This document shows, one piece after another, positions 28,975 to 38,511 of a DNA stretch of 48,455 nt. The DNA lies in the NCBI GenBank assembly GCA_036170655.1, contig JAVHPP010000062.1, forward strand, positions 1 through 48,455. The letters are read 5' to 3'. The position numbers and the translations under genes were made by a program. Positions within the stretch are counted from its first letter, which is position 1. Each line of letters starts with the position of its first letter. Source of the DNA: Candidatus Zixiibacteriota bacterium (GTDB lineage Bacteria > Zixibacteria > MSB-5A5 > WJJR01). The notes beneath the pieces were generated by a model. That model searched no databases. It saw nothing but the letters and a program-made list of their open reading frames with translations, and was not told the DNA's origin.

Positions 28975-30450
28975 ATGGCTCAACACTCTGAACCATTGCT
29001 GATCGCCAAGGGGCAGAAGGAACTCTGGCTCCTGCCCCAAATGGCCAACCGTCATGGATTGATTGCGGGGGCGACAGGGACCGGGAAAACCGTCACCTTG
29101 CAGGTCTTGGCCGAACAGTTCAGCCGCATTGGCGTGCCGGTCGTTCTTGCTGACGTGAAAGGTGATCTTTCCGGCATGAGCCAGCCGGGTGCTGAGTCAC
29201 CGAAGATTGGCGAGCGTGTCCAGCAGCTTGGACTCAGCGAATTCTGCTTCGAGGGCTTCCCCGTGGTCTTCTGGGACGTTTTCGGCCAGCAGGGTCATCC
29301 CCTTCGTGCCACGATCTCGGAGATGGGGCCAGTGCTCTTGTCCCGCCTCTTCAACTTGAACGAGACCCAGAGCGGTGTTCTCTCTCTGGTATTCAAGATT
29401 GCGGACGACAACGGCCTGCTGCTCCTCGATTCCAAGGACCTTCGCGCAATGCTCCAATATGCCGGAGACAACGCGTCGGCGTTCACGACCGAGTACGGCC
29501 GCATCTCCACGGCCAGTATCGGGTCTATCCAGCGCGAGCTGCTGACGCTTGAAGAGGAAGGTGGCGATCGCTTCTTCGGTGAACCCGCCCTGGATCTCAA
29601 CGATCTGATGCAGACCCACTCCGACGGACGCGGTGTCATCAACGTCCTCGCCGCCGACCGGTTGATGCAGTCTCCAAAGCTCTACGCGACCTTTCTGTTG
29701 TGGCTTTTGTCAGAGCTGTTCGAGCAACTACCGGAAATGGGTGATCCGGACAAACCGAGACTTGTCTTTTTCTTCGATGAAGCACACCTCCTGTTCAGTG
29801 ACGCGCCGACAGCGTTGCTTGAAAAAGTGGAACAGGTGGTTCGATTGATCCGGTCCAAGGGAGTTGGCATTTACTTCGTCACGCAGAATCCACTCGATGT
29901 GCCGGATGTTGTCCTCGGGCAACTGGGCAATCGTGTCCAGCATGCCCTGCGTGCCTTTACGCCGAAAGATCAGAAGGCTGTCCGCGCTGCCGCACAGACG
30001 TTTCGCAGCAATCCGCAACTGAACGTCGAAACCGCCATTGGCGAACTGGGGGTCGGGGAAGCGCTGGTCTCCTTTCTTGATGAACGGGGGATTCCGGGCA
30101 TGGTCGAACGCGCTCTCATCTGTCCGCCACACAGCAGGATCGGTCCTATCAGTGCCGGTCAGCGCACCGATCTCATACGCGGTTCGCTTGTTTACGGTCA
30201 TTACGAAAACGCTATCGATCGCGAATCGGCCTATGAAAAGCTCAAGGATCGTGCCAAACGCGTCGCCTCAAACGAGAGCGTGGAGAGCCGGATGCCATCG
30301 GCACCGGGAACACGTAGCGTCCCCCGCGGTGGCCGCCAGGACATGGTCGAAGCCATGGCGAAGAGCGCTGTTCGAGCTGTCGGCAGCCAGTTGGGACGCC
30401 AGATTATGCGTGGAATCCTCGGTTCCATTCTCGGCGGTCGCGGACGCTGA
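28975..30450 (+). CDS. DUF853 / HerA-like P-loop ATPase (YjgR family)
   Basis: [48 protein letters not shown]. Confidence 0.95.
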   Translation: MAQHSEPLLIAKGQKELWLLPQMANRHGLIAGATGTGKTVTLQVLAEQFSRIGVPVVLADVKGDLSGMSQPGAESPKIGERVQQLGLSEFCFEGFPVVFWDVFGQQGHPLRATISEMGPVLLSRLFNLNETQSGVLSLVFKIADDNGLLLLDSKDLRAMLQYAGDNASAFTTEYGRISTASIGSIQRELLTLEEEGGDRFFGEPALDLNDLMQTHSDGRGVINVLAADRLMQSPKLYATFLLWLLSELFEQLPEMGDPDKPRLVFFFDEAHLLFSDAPTALLEKVEQVVRLIRSKGVGIYFVTQNPLDVPDVVLGQLGNRVQHALRAFTPKDQKAVRAAAQTFRSNPQLNVETAIGELGVGEALVSFLDERGIPGMVERALICPPHSRIGPISAGQRTDLIRGSLVYGHYENAIDRESAYEKLKDRAKRVASNESVESRMPSAPGTRSVPRGGRQDMVEAMAKSAVRAVGSQLGRQIMRGILGSILGGRGR

Positions 30451-30592
30451 CAGAGAACGGAAAGCACATGCTGAGCGGGGCAGATCATCAGCTACTGTCT
30501 TCAGTCCCATGAGAATAGCTTCGCATCTGCCGCCTCCACCGGCAGATGCGCTAATGTGCCGCCGCCAGCATCCCCTCGGAGATGAACAGTAT

Positions 30593-31222
30593 ATGCCACA
30601 GCGATCCAAGCAGCCTCGCGTCAGCCGCCCCAGATCACTGACGCGCGAGGTAGGGGAGAAGGCCGTTTGCCGCTGCGCCTGGCCGGGCGCCGACCCGCTG
30701 ATGATCAACTATCACGACAAGGAGTGGGGCGTCCCCCTGCACGACGATCGCCGGCTGTTTGAGTTCATGGTTTTGGATGCCGCTCAGGCCGGTCTGAGTT
30801 GGAAAACAATCCTCTACAAACGCGAGAGTTTTCGATCCGCCTTTGACGGCTTCGATCCGGTGAAGATCGCACGCTACACGAAGAGAGATGTGCAACGCCT
30901 CATGGCCGATCGCGGTATCATCCGCAATCGTCAGAAGATTGCCGCCGCCATCGTCAATGCGCACAGATTTCTCGATATCCTGCACGAATTCGGGGCATTT
31001 GATCGCTACATCTGGGGATTCGTGGACGGTCATACGATCAAGAATTCGTTCAAATCACCATCCAAGATCCCAGCCCGAACGCCTGAATCAGAAGCCATGA
31101 GCAAAGATCTCCGCCGACGCGGATTCAAGTTTGTCGGACCGACCATTTGCTATGCTTTCATGCAGGCAGCCGGAATGGTAAACGACCACACAGTAGACTG
31201 CTTCCGCTACAGGCAGGTTTGA
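30593..31222 (+). CDS. tag: DNA-3-methyladenine glycosylase I
   Basis: RCAW, YHDKEWGVP, QAGLSW, IIRNRQKI, FKFVGPT, GMVNDH..DC. Exact start uncertain. Confidence 0.95.
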   Translation: MPQRSKQPRVSRPRSLTREVGEKAVCRCAWPGADPLMINYHDKEWGVPLHDDRRLFEFMVLDAAQAGLSWKTILYKRESFRSAFDGFDPVKIARYTKRDVQRLMADRGIIRNRQKIAAAIVNAHRFLDILHEFGAFDRYIWGFVDGHTIKNSFKSPSKIPARTPESEAMSKDLRRRGFKFVGPTICYAFMQAAGMVNDHTVDCFRYRQV

Positions 31223-31372
31223 GTCAACTCGCCCTCGGCCCGAGGGGGGTGGGCGGTTCACGTCGAAAATACCGCCTGCGGGCAGGCCATGTTCGCTGGT
31301 GATGTCACGGTGGCCCTTGCAAGAAACCGGCAGACGCGGCCAGGCAGGGTTGCCACTGTGGGGTTGGTGTCG

Positions 31373-31783
31373 TCAGGCTTGTTCTCTGTGGTCGGGCGCG
31401 GCGGCGAGCTCGTGTTCCAGCCTTGCGGTCAACGTGTCGAGGCGAAACGGTTTTTCCAGAAGATCGACAGCGCCTGCTCTCTTGACCTCATCCCGCAAGT
31501 TTTGGGAGGCATAGCTGGAAATGACGAGCGCCGGTACCCGATGAGTCGTGCATCTGGATGCCATCTCCAGCAGGGCCAGTGAATTGCCATCGTCAAGTTC
31601 GAAGTCCGTGACAATGGCATCGATTGGCTGCGCGGAAAACGACCGCATAGCGCCCTTCAGGGTCAATGTTGTGATTGGCGTCCACCCCTGATCGGCAACC
31701 AGATTCCCCAAGACCTCAAGGACTTGGCGGTTATTCTCGACCACGAGAACTACAGGCGTTCGGTGCGAGTTTGAGCTCATCAT
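31373..31783 (-). CDS. Stand-alone response regulator receiver
   Basis: VLVVENN, IVTDFEL (phosphoacceptor Asp), VISSY, LEKPF. Confidence 0.85.
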   Translation of the reverse strand: MMSSNSHRTPVVLVVENNRQVLEVLGNLVADQGWTPITTLTLKGAMRSFSAQPIDAIVTDFELDDGNSLALLEMASRCTTHRVPALVISSYASQNLRDEVKRAGAVDLLEKPFRLDTLTARLEHELAAAPDHREQA

Positions 31784-31910
31784 GAATCATATCGACACAA
31801 ACATAGGGAGACTCGAGATCTACTTAGCGTAACGCCCCGCACACTGTGCGGAGCGTTACCCGGGGAGGAGGAGACAAGGTGTCGAGCGGGATGACTTTTG
31901 CAATACTGTT

Positions 31911-32072
31911 CTATATGCCTGTCAGAACTGCTGCTCCGTGGGCATCGGAGAAGGTCAACGCGATGACCAGCGCCGCGACAACCACCAACAGAAGCCAGAT
32001 TGTCGTGCGATCTGTCTTGGGACTGCCAAAATCGACTCGGCGGTACGGGTTACTTGTCTGGGGAGGCATCAT
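31911..32072 (-). CDS. Small 53-aa single-TM protein (not in ORF track)
   Basis: GAGGA RBS then ATGATG; MMPPQTSNPYRRVDFGSPKTDRTTIWLLLVVVAALVIALTFSDAHGAAVLTGI*. Confidence 0.5.
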   Translation of the reverse strand: MMPPQTSNPYRRVDFGSPKTDRTTIWLLLVVVAALVIALTFSDAHGAAVLTGI

Positions 32073-32366
32073 CGTTCCTCACGGTCCTTTCCTTGATCCG
32101 CTCTTTGCTAACGCAATCCCCATGCCTGATGTATTACTTCGAGGACGTCTCGTAACAGTTGGAACGACAGCGCGTTGACTGTTTAGCCCGCCGCCCGCTT
32201 TACCTTGTATGTGCACGCTTGGTCACATAAGCGCAACTCCATTCAACGTTGAACCTCTGGTGGGAACGGTCGGGGTGATTGGCTTCGACGAGCGAGTCAG
32301 ACACAAACGAAGACGGGGCTCCGATGGAACCCCGCCATACAAATAGATCTCTTGGCTTGTGGCCTC

Positions 32367-33962
32367 TTACTTCTTCGCAGGACGGCGCAAGAAGACGTGC
32401 ATCGAAGGCCAGTTATACCCTTCATTCCTGCTGTCCTTACTGGCGCTGATCTCACGGAATGTCAGAGGAAGACTGTAAGCCGGTGGCGAAGACTCCCCGC
32501 TCCGCGCTGCACAATCGGTGTTGATGGTTGTATCACGGTCTTCCACGACCTCACCGGAGAACATAATCAGTTGTTTGAATGGTTCTGCGGGAGCCCAGTC
32601 ATCGATTGGTTCCAAGGTAATCCAAACTTTGACCCGGCGTCGTGATTGCACCATCGCAAGCAAGTCCAATGGTGAGGGCAGGCCCGATGGCAGGTTGTGG
32701 ATGAAGTCCTCGCCGGGGACATTGAAATGAGGATCGTAGTTGCTCATGTCGGTGTACGGATTGCTCCGATCGCGCCCATCCTTGTCTGTGAACCGTCCCA
32801 ATGACAGCGGCTTGGTGAGGCCGGTTGAACTGTCAAAGACGACCCATGCCTCATATTCCAACCCGAGGAGAGGATCGACCGGTGCAATCCCGGGCAGACT
32901 GCTGGCGACAGTCGTGTCACCCCAGATAGTCGTGAAAGACCGCTTGAACAAAATGGTATCGGAAAAGGGACAATAGCGGCACACCGTGTCACTTGCGCAA
33001 TGTGTGCTCTCCGGATAATCAATCCTGAGGTAACAGGTGTCGATGATTTGTCCCAAGGTATCACGGTTATAGTCGATGTAGCCAACCGTCTGTCCGCCGC
33101 GAATAATGCGTTCCCGGTCGGCGCCGAGCGGTATCCGTGGACCTGTGCGGCCAACGTGCTGGGGCACACCATTGCGGAACACGATATCGGGCTCCCGGTC
33201 GGCGAAAACCGTGCCATAATTCGAAAAGGAACTATCGAGGTGATCCGGGAAATACCAGATGAAGTAGTCAATGCCTTTGTTATGACGGCCCAACAGTGTT
33301 CCCTTGGTGACGCAGGAAGGATGAAGGCACGGCCCCACGGTGTCGAGGATTTCCTTGTCTTTGGCGATCGGCTTCGCAAACCAGACCCCCATGCCCTCGG
33401 AGTTGGACCGCCAGCATGCGCCCGGGACGTCGTGCACGAGCGACTGAGCCACCAGACTGAACTCGTTGGACGCCAGATTTACCAAGCCAGTGGGCACTCT
33501 GAAGTCGGCTTCCAGATTCATCCTCGTAAATTGATCGATGTCCGCAAACATGATGACCGGACCATCAACCTGGCTTGGGTTGGGGTCGCTGAGTGGCTCA
33601 ATGGACACAATAAGCCCTTGGTGATCCAGAAGGTTGATTCCGAGGTCGAGCCCGGGATCAATTGTCAGCGGCAGCGTATCGCCATGTTCATCCAGAGCGA
33701 AGAAGTACTCTGTGTTCCACTGGAACCGCTGCAAAGGAAAGACCGCCACTGGACGAGCATTTGAAGCGGTATCGTACGCCCAAAATTGATAAATGTGCCC
33801 CGGCGGAGCGGGTAGAAGTCCGTAAGGAGGACGATCGTTGGAATTCGGAATAATGCGAATGACCGAGAAATACTCCGGCTGAGGTTCCGGCCCTTTGATC
33901 AAACAACCGGCCAACAACAACGCAAGCATGATGGCCCCCACCCGGGTGGTTGTGCGTGTCAT
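32367..33962 (-). CDS. Lipoprotein with two RskA-C-like motif sets
   Basis: Lipobox LAGC; YQFWA...VSIEP..D.NP and YEAWV...PLSLGRF...PGEDF...ITLEP.DD.AP.EPF. Confidence 0.7.
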   Translation of the reverse strand: MTRTTTRVGAIMLALLLAGCLIKGPEPQPEYFSVIRIIPNSNDRPPYGLLPAPPGHIYQFWAYDTASNARPVAVFPLQRFQWNTEYFFALDEHGDTLPLTIDPGLDLGINLLDHQGLIVSIEPLSDPNPSQVDGPVIMFADIDQFTRMNLEADFRVPTGLVNLASNEFSLVAQSLVHDVPGACWRSNSEGMGVWFAKPIAKDKEILDTVGPCLHPSCVTKGTLLGRHNKGIDYFIWYFPDHLDSSFSNYGTVFADREPDIVFRNGVPQHVGRTGPRIPLGADRERIIRGGQTVGYIDYNRDTLGQIIDTCYLRIDYPESTHCASDTVCRYCPFSDTILFKRSFTTIWGDTTVASSLPGIAPVDPLLGLEYEAWVVFDSSTGLTKPLSLGRFTDKDGRDRSNPYTDMSNYDPHFNVPGEDFIHNLPSGLPSPLDLLAMVQSRRRVKVWITLEPIDDWAPAEPFKQLIMFSGEVVEDRDTTINTDCAARSGESSPPAYSLPLTFREISASKDSRNEGYNWPSMHVFLRRPAKK

Positions 33963-34281
33963 CGAGTTTTGTCCTCCATGGATATGACCTTGTCGGGCCG
34001 TCGCTTGGCGGCGCTCCAGAGACGCCGATTATAAGCCCTTGTGTTGCACGCGTCAAGCGAAAAGCGGGCCTTTTGGCTTAGGATGCGCACCGCCTTTCAT
34101 CTCCCATTACCCATTGCGGGCCAGATTATTCCATCGAATGTGCGGAGTTTGCCAAATTGCAGCATGGGACCCCTGAAATGTCAAACTCTCGCCTCCGAGA
34201 ATTACGCGCAAGGGGCTGAAAGCCCCTTGCCTGAACCTCGGGAACTCGTTGGGCATTCGCGTCGGCTCCGCTCTTAGACCT

Positions 34282-34444
34282 TCTGACAAAATGACCGCAT
34301 ATATTGATGAACTGGAACAGGCAACTGGGGCGAAAACGGGAGGGCGAGGCTCCTGCCGAGCCTTTCTACGTGCGGAAGTGAGGCTCAGCAGGAGCTTCGC
34401 CCTCCCGAACCAGCATGGTTAACTGGCGAGTTCATTTTGTCAGA
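34282..34444. mobile_element. MITE-like element with internal REP copy 2
   Basis: Perfect 13-bp terminal inverted repeats TCTGACAAAATGA / TCATTTTGTCAGA enclose the REP at 34338-34406. Confidence 0.55.
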
Positions 34445-34612
34445 GCATCGGGGTGGCCTGAATGAGCTCACCCCGTTCAATTCCCACGAAATCGGTTGTG
34501 ATTACCATGTTCAGGACGTATCAAGGGCGTGTGCAACCGTCGGCTCCACCGATGGCCGACGGCCGCCTGTGCAGGGTGGAATACAGAGACAAGTACCGCA
34601 AGAAGGAGGGGC

Positions 34613-35710
34613 ATGAGCCGCATTAACTCATTCGACGACTGGGTGGACCTGTTCCGTGCCTGGCGCGAGGATATCGGTCTGGATCCCAAACTGGTCGATC
34701 AGTACAAGTTTGAGGCCAAGTTTGGCGAACTGGAGTCAAACGAAGTTGAGTTCGGCGACATGCATGGCCGGCGGAAATTCGAGCGCCTGCTGCAGATTCC
34801 CGACCAGCGGATCCGTGACGGTCTGCTCAATCTGATCGTTTATCAGGGTGACACTGAGTTCGGGTCCGTCGAGCAGCAGCGGCAACTGGCTCAGACCGCC
34901 CCCAACGACCACGATCTCCAGTCCTTGATCCGCGTCATGTGCGAAGAGATGCGTCACGGCTACCAGATGTGCCATCTCTTGATTGAGCACTTTGGCTCGT
35001 CTGGACGGGTCGAGGCGGTCAAGCTGCTTGAGCGGCGGGCTTTCGAACAGAACCGTTTGCTGGGATCATTTAACGAAATCGTTGGTAACTGGCTGGACTT
35101 CTTCGTGTACACCGAGTTCATCGACCGCGATGGCAAGTTTCAGTTGAAGATGCTCTCACACTCGGCGTTCGCTCCGCTGGCGCGTTCCATGGGGCCGATG
35201 CTCAAGGAGGAGGCCTTCCATTTGGGCACGGGCCACAATGGCATCAAACGGATTCTGCAGAGCGGCCGCATTCCTGTGCCCCTGATTCAGAAATACATCA
35301 ACAAATGGGTCCCCACCGCCTATGACTTGTTTGGCACCGATCACTCCTCGTCAGCGCACTGGACCTATGTCTGGGGACTGAAAGGGCGGTACGACGAATC
35401 AGAAAATCCCGAGCCGGCCAAAGAGGAAGATCTCAACGAGAATGCCCGTGCGCTTTATGTGAAGGAAGTGGATGGTCTGATCGCGCAGTTGAATGCCGTG
35501 ATTCCCGCAGACCAACCCAAGCTGGTGGTGCCCTCTATCAAGTTCCATCGCTCCATTGGCGGATACAAGGATCAGGCGTTTAATGTATGCGGGGATTGTC
35601 TCTCGGCCACAGAGTGGGAAGCCTATCGGAAGACGGCGTTCCCGGTGGAAGAAGATCTCGTGACGTTGCGCGATATCTGCAAAGACCCCGGCTGGATCGC
35701 GCCGAAATGA
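34613..35710 (+). CDS. BoxB/PaaA-like di-iron aryl-CoA epoxidase subunit
   Basis: QGDTEFGSVEQQ, EEMRH, DRDGKFQL, EEAFH di-iron motifs; AAGGAGG RBS. Confidence 0.85.
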   Translation: MSRINSFDDWVDLFRAWREDIGLDPKLVDQYKFEAKFGELESNEVEFGDMHGRRKFERLLQIPDQRIRDGLLNLIVYQGDTEFGSVEQQRQLAQTAPNDHDLQSLIRVMCEEMRHGYQMCHLLIEHFGSSGRVEAVKLLERRAFEQNRLLGSFNEIVGNWLDFFVYTEFIDRDGKFQLKMLSHSAFAPLARSMGPMLKEEAFHLGTGHNGIKRILQSGRIPVPLIQKYINKWVPTAYDLFGTDHSSSAHWTYVWGLKGRYDESENPEPAKEEDLNENARALYVKEVDGLIAQLNAVIPADQPKLVVPSIKFHRSIGGYKDQAFNVCGDCLSATEWEAYRKTAFPVEEDLVTLRDICKDPGWIAPK

Positions 35711-35819
35711 CGGTTGTCGATCCTGACGCGATTTTGCACGTCGTGCCGGGGACGGGGAGACGATGAATTCCGATTCGCTCCGCGCTCTGTGCGCACTCTC
35801 TGAATGGCGAAAGCGCAGA

Positions 35820-37313
35820 TCAGAATGGCGTGTCGCCGGTTTCTCCCGAAGGATACTCTTCGGGATAAGGGCCGGGGCCTGACGAGGCCGGGGTTCCAGC
35901 AGTCCCCTCGCGCGCCATATTCTCGAAACGGGTATATTCTTTCAAGAACGTCAAACGGGCAGTGCCCGTAGGGCCGTTTCGCTGCTTGCCGAGGATGACT
36001 TCGGCGACATTGTGCACCGGGTTGCCCGCATGGTCGGTTGTGATATCGTACCGCTCGGCGCGATAAACGAACATGACAACGTCCGCATCCTGCTCAATCG
36101 CCCCGGATTCCCTCAGGTCGGAGAGCTGAGGACGGCGTTCGCCTCCCCGCTGTTCCACCTGCCGCGACAACTGGGAGAGAGCCAGAACGGGGATGTTCAA
36201 TTCCTTGGCCAGTGATTTCAGCGAACGGGAGATAATGGCGATTTCCTGCTGACGGTTTTCGACATTGCGCGGCCCGTGCATCATCTGCATGTAATCGACC
36301 ACAACCAATTCAATCCTGTGCTGCGCTTTCAGGCGTCGCGCTTTGGCACGGAGTTCAAGAATGCCGATTGCGGCCGAGTCATCGATAAACACCGGCGCTT
36401 CCGACAATGGTCCGACCGCAATCGAGAGCGCCGAGTACTCCGATGCCCGCAGCCGCCCGGTGCGCATCGCATGCGCATTGATCCGTGCGCGCGAACACAA
36501 CATGCGCTGCGCCAGCTGTTCCTTGGACATTTCCAGCGAGAAAATGGCGCAGGGCTTGTGCTCGTCGATGGCCAGGTGCTCGATGATGTTCAGCGCCAGC
36601 GCGGTCTTGCCCATCGAGGGACGTCCCGCGAGAATGACCAGATCGGAGTTGTGCAGGCCAGCCGTGAGTGCGTCGAGTTCATCGAACCCGGTGGACAGCC
36701 CGCTGATGCCGCCGCCCCGGCGATTGTATTCCTCGATGGACTCGAAAGTCTGGGGCAAGATGTCGGCCAGGGTGACAAAATCCTGACGCCACTGCTTATC
36801 CGAGATGGCAAAGATTCGTGCCTCGGTCTCATCGAGCAGGTCGCCGACATCGCCGGGCGCCGTGTGACATTCATCCGCGATGCGATTGGCTTCGGCGATC
36901 AGCCGGCGAAGAACCGCCTTGTCCTTGATAATCCGTGCGTGGGCGATGACATTGGCCGACGTAAAGACTGAATCGGCGATATCGATCAGCGCGCTGGAGC
37001 CGCCGCACTTTTGCAGCTCGCCAGTCTTTTCCAGTTCGCTGGCCACCGTCGCCATGTCCACCGGCTCAGCGTGGTCAAAGAGCGACAACATTGCCTTGTA
37101 GATCTTGTGGTGGGCCGGCTTGTAGAAGTCCTCCGCATCGAGAATCTCGATGACATGCCCAACCGCGTCCTTGTCGAGCATCATCGCGCCCAAGACCGCC
37201 GTTTCCACTTCGAGCGCTTGAGGCGGTATGCGGGTGTCGATCGTGCCCGTTTGGGACGGGCTATTTGTCATCGATCCGTTTGACATTGTTGAATCAGAAC
37301 TCCCTTGTGACAA
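35820..37313 (-). CDS. dnaB: Replicative DNA helicase DnaB
   Basis: PPQALEVE, GRPSMGKT, FSLEMS, VDYMQM, SDLRESGAIEQDAD, KQRNGPTG; no intein; start uncertain. Confidence 0.98.
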   Translation of the reverse strand: MSQGSSDSTMSNGSMTNSPSQTGTIDTRIPPQALEVETAVLGAMMLDKDAVGHVIEILDAEDFYKPAHHKIYKAMLSLFDHAEPVDMATVASELEKTGELQKCGGSSALIDIADSVFTSANVIAHARIIKDKAVLRRLIAEANRIADECHTAPGDVGDLLDETEARIFAISDKQWRQDFVTLADILPQTFESIEEYNRRGGGISGLSTGFDELDALTAGLHNSDLVILAGRPSMGKTALALNIIEHLAIDEHKPCAIFSLEMSKEQLAQRMLCSRARINAHAMRTGRLRASEYSALSIAVGPLSEAPVFIDDSAAIGILELRAKARRLKAQHRIELVVVDYMQMMHGPRNVENRQQEIAIISRSLKSLAKELNIPVLALSQLSRQVEQRGGERRPQLSDLRESGAIEQDADVVMFVYRAERYDITTDHAGNPVHNVAEVILGKQRNGPTGTARLTFLKEYTRFENMAREGTAGTPASSGPGPYPEEYPSGETGDTPF

Positions 37314-37475
37314 TTACGGCGGGGCAACTTCCGAATCAATCACTTTCACGGCTGGCGACGAGAATGTTCACAGGTCGTGCATAGGGATGTGGAAAACCGG
37401 TTGACAAATCGTGCAGAGATATGACCCTTCGGCAAGCTCAGGACTCTGCCCGGCGGCTCCGCCGCATGGGGTTCG

Positions 37476-38489
37476 CTACAAATTCACCGGCTGCCCGTTG
37501 GCTTTCATGGACCGATCGGCGGCTTCAAGGATGGAAACAACCCGCCGACCGGAGTTGGCATCGGTCAATGGCGCCCGGTGTTCACGAATGGAAGCGACAA
37601 ACTCCTGTGCCACGAGGTACAACGATTCGGTGGTGTCGAGGCGGGGTGCATGCATGTCGCCGGTCCGGTACTGCACGAGCGTTTTATGGATTTCCTCGAC
37701 ATTGGATGTGACGGTCACACCTTTATCGTAAACCTTGACCTTCTCCGATGGATCGGTGTCATCATAAACAATCATTTTGCGTGAACCGCCGATCAGGGTC
37801 ATTCGCACTTTGACCGGGGCCAGCCAATTCACATGGAAGTGAGCGATCGCGGAACTGTCAAAAGCGACGGTCATATAGGCGATGTTCTCCAGTGGCGTGC
37901 CGAAATGTGAACGTCCGATGGCCGAGACGCTGGTCGCCTGTGGTCCCATTGTGGCATCCATGATCGCCAGATCGTGCGGCGCCAGATCCCACAGCACGTT
38001 GACATCGTGCTGGAACAGTCCGAGGTTGACGCGCACTGAGTCAAAGTAGAGGACTTCGCCGATTTCGCCGCTCTTGATCAGATCACAGATTTTGCGCACG
38101 GCCCCCGCGTAGAGAAATGTGTGATCGACCATGAGGATCAGCCGCCTCGCGCCGGCGATGCGGATCAGGTCGTCGCACTCCGCGGTCGAGGAACACATGG
38201 GTTTCTCCAGCATCACGTGCTTGCCCGCTTCGAGGGCCGCCTTCGCCAGCGGGTAATGAGTGCTGACAGGCGTGGCGATGACCACAGCGTCGATCTGCGG
38301 ATCAGAGATCAACTCCCGGGCGTCGGGATAAAGTGTGATCGCCGGATAGCGATCAGCGATGAACTGACGCCGGGGTAGCTGCGCATCGGCAACAGCGGCC
38401 ACAGTCGCATCAGGCAAAAGAAGGAAATTCCGGATCAGATTGGGTCCCCAGTATCCTGCGCCGATAACACCGACATTGAGTTTGCTCAT
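37476..38489 (-). CDS. Gfo/Idh/MocA oxidoreductase (nucleotide-sugar dehydrogenase-like)
   Basis: GAGYWGPNLIRNF, EKP, WDLAPHD. Confidence 0.92.
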   Translation of the reverse strand: MSKLNVGVIGAGYWGPNLIRNFLLLPDATVAAVADAQLPRRQFIADRYPAITLYPDARELISDPQIDAVVIATPVSTHYPLAKAALEAGKHVMLEKPMCSSTAECDDLIRIAGARRLILMVDHTFLYAGAVRKICDLIKSGEIGEVLYFDSVRVNLGLFQHDVNVLWDLAPHDLAIMDATMGPQATSVSAIGRSHFGTPLENIAYMTVAFDSSAIAHFHVNWLAPVKVRMTLIGGSRKMIVYDDTDPSEKVKVYDKGVTVTSNVEEIHKTLVQYRTGDMHAPRLDTTESLYLVAQEFVASIREHRAPLTDANSGRRVVSILEAADRSMKANGQPVNL

Positions 38490-38511
38490 TGAAGTCTCGA
38501 TTCTTCAGAGG

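Noticed and set aside
28975..30450. HerA-like ATPase as an anti-phage defence system
   Set aside because: It is the widespread DUF853/YjgR type, with no nuclease, SIR2 or other defence partner adjacent.
32111..32127. Sigma54-like promoter AGGCATGGGATTGC on the minus strand
   Set aside because: The GG-to-GC spacing is 9 nt rather than the required 10.
32271..32290. GGGGTGATTGGCTTCGAC as a tmRNA 5' end
   Set aside because: A full tmRNA would overlap the lipoprotein gene, and no matching 3' TCCACCA end was seen.
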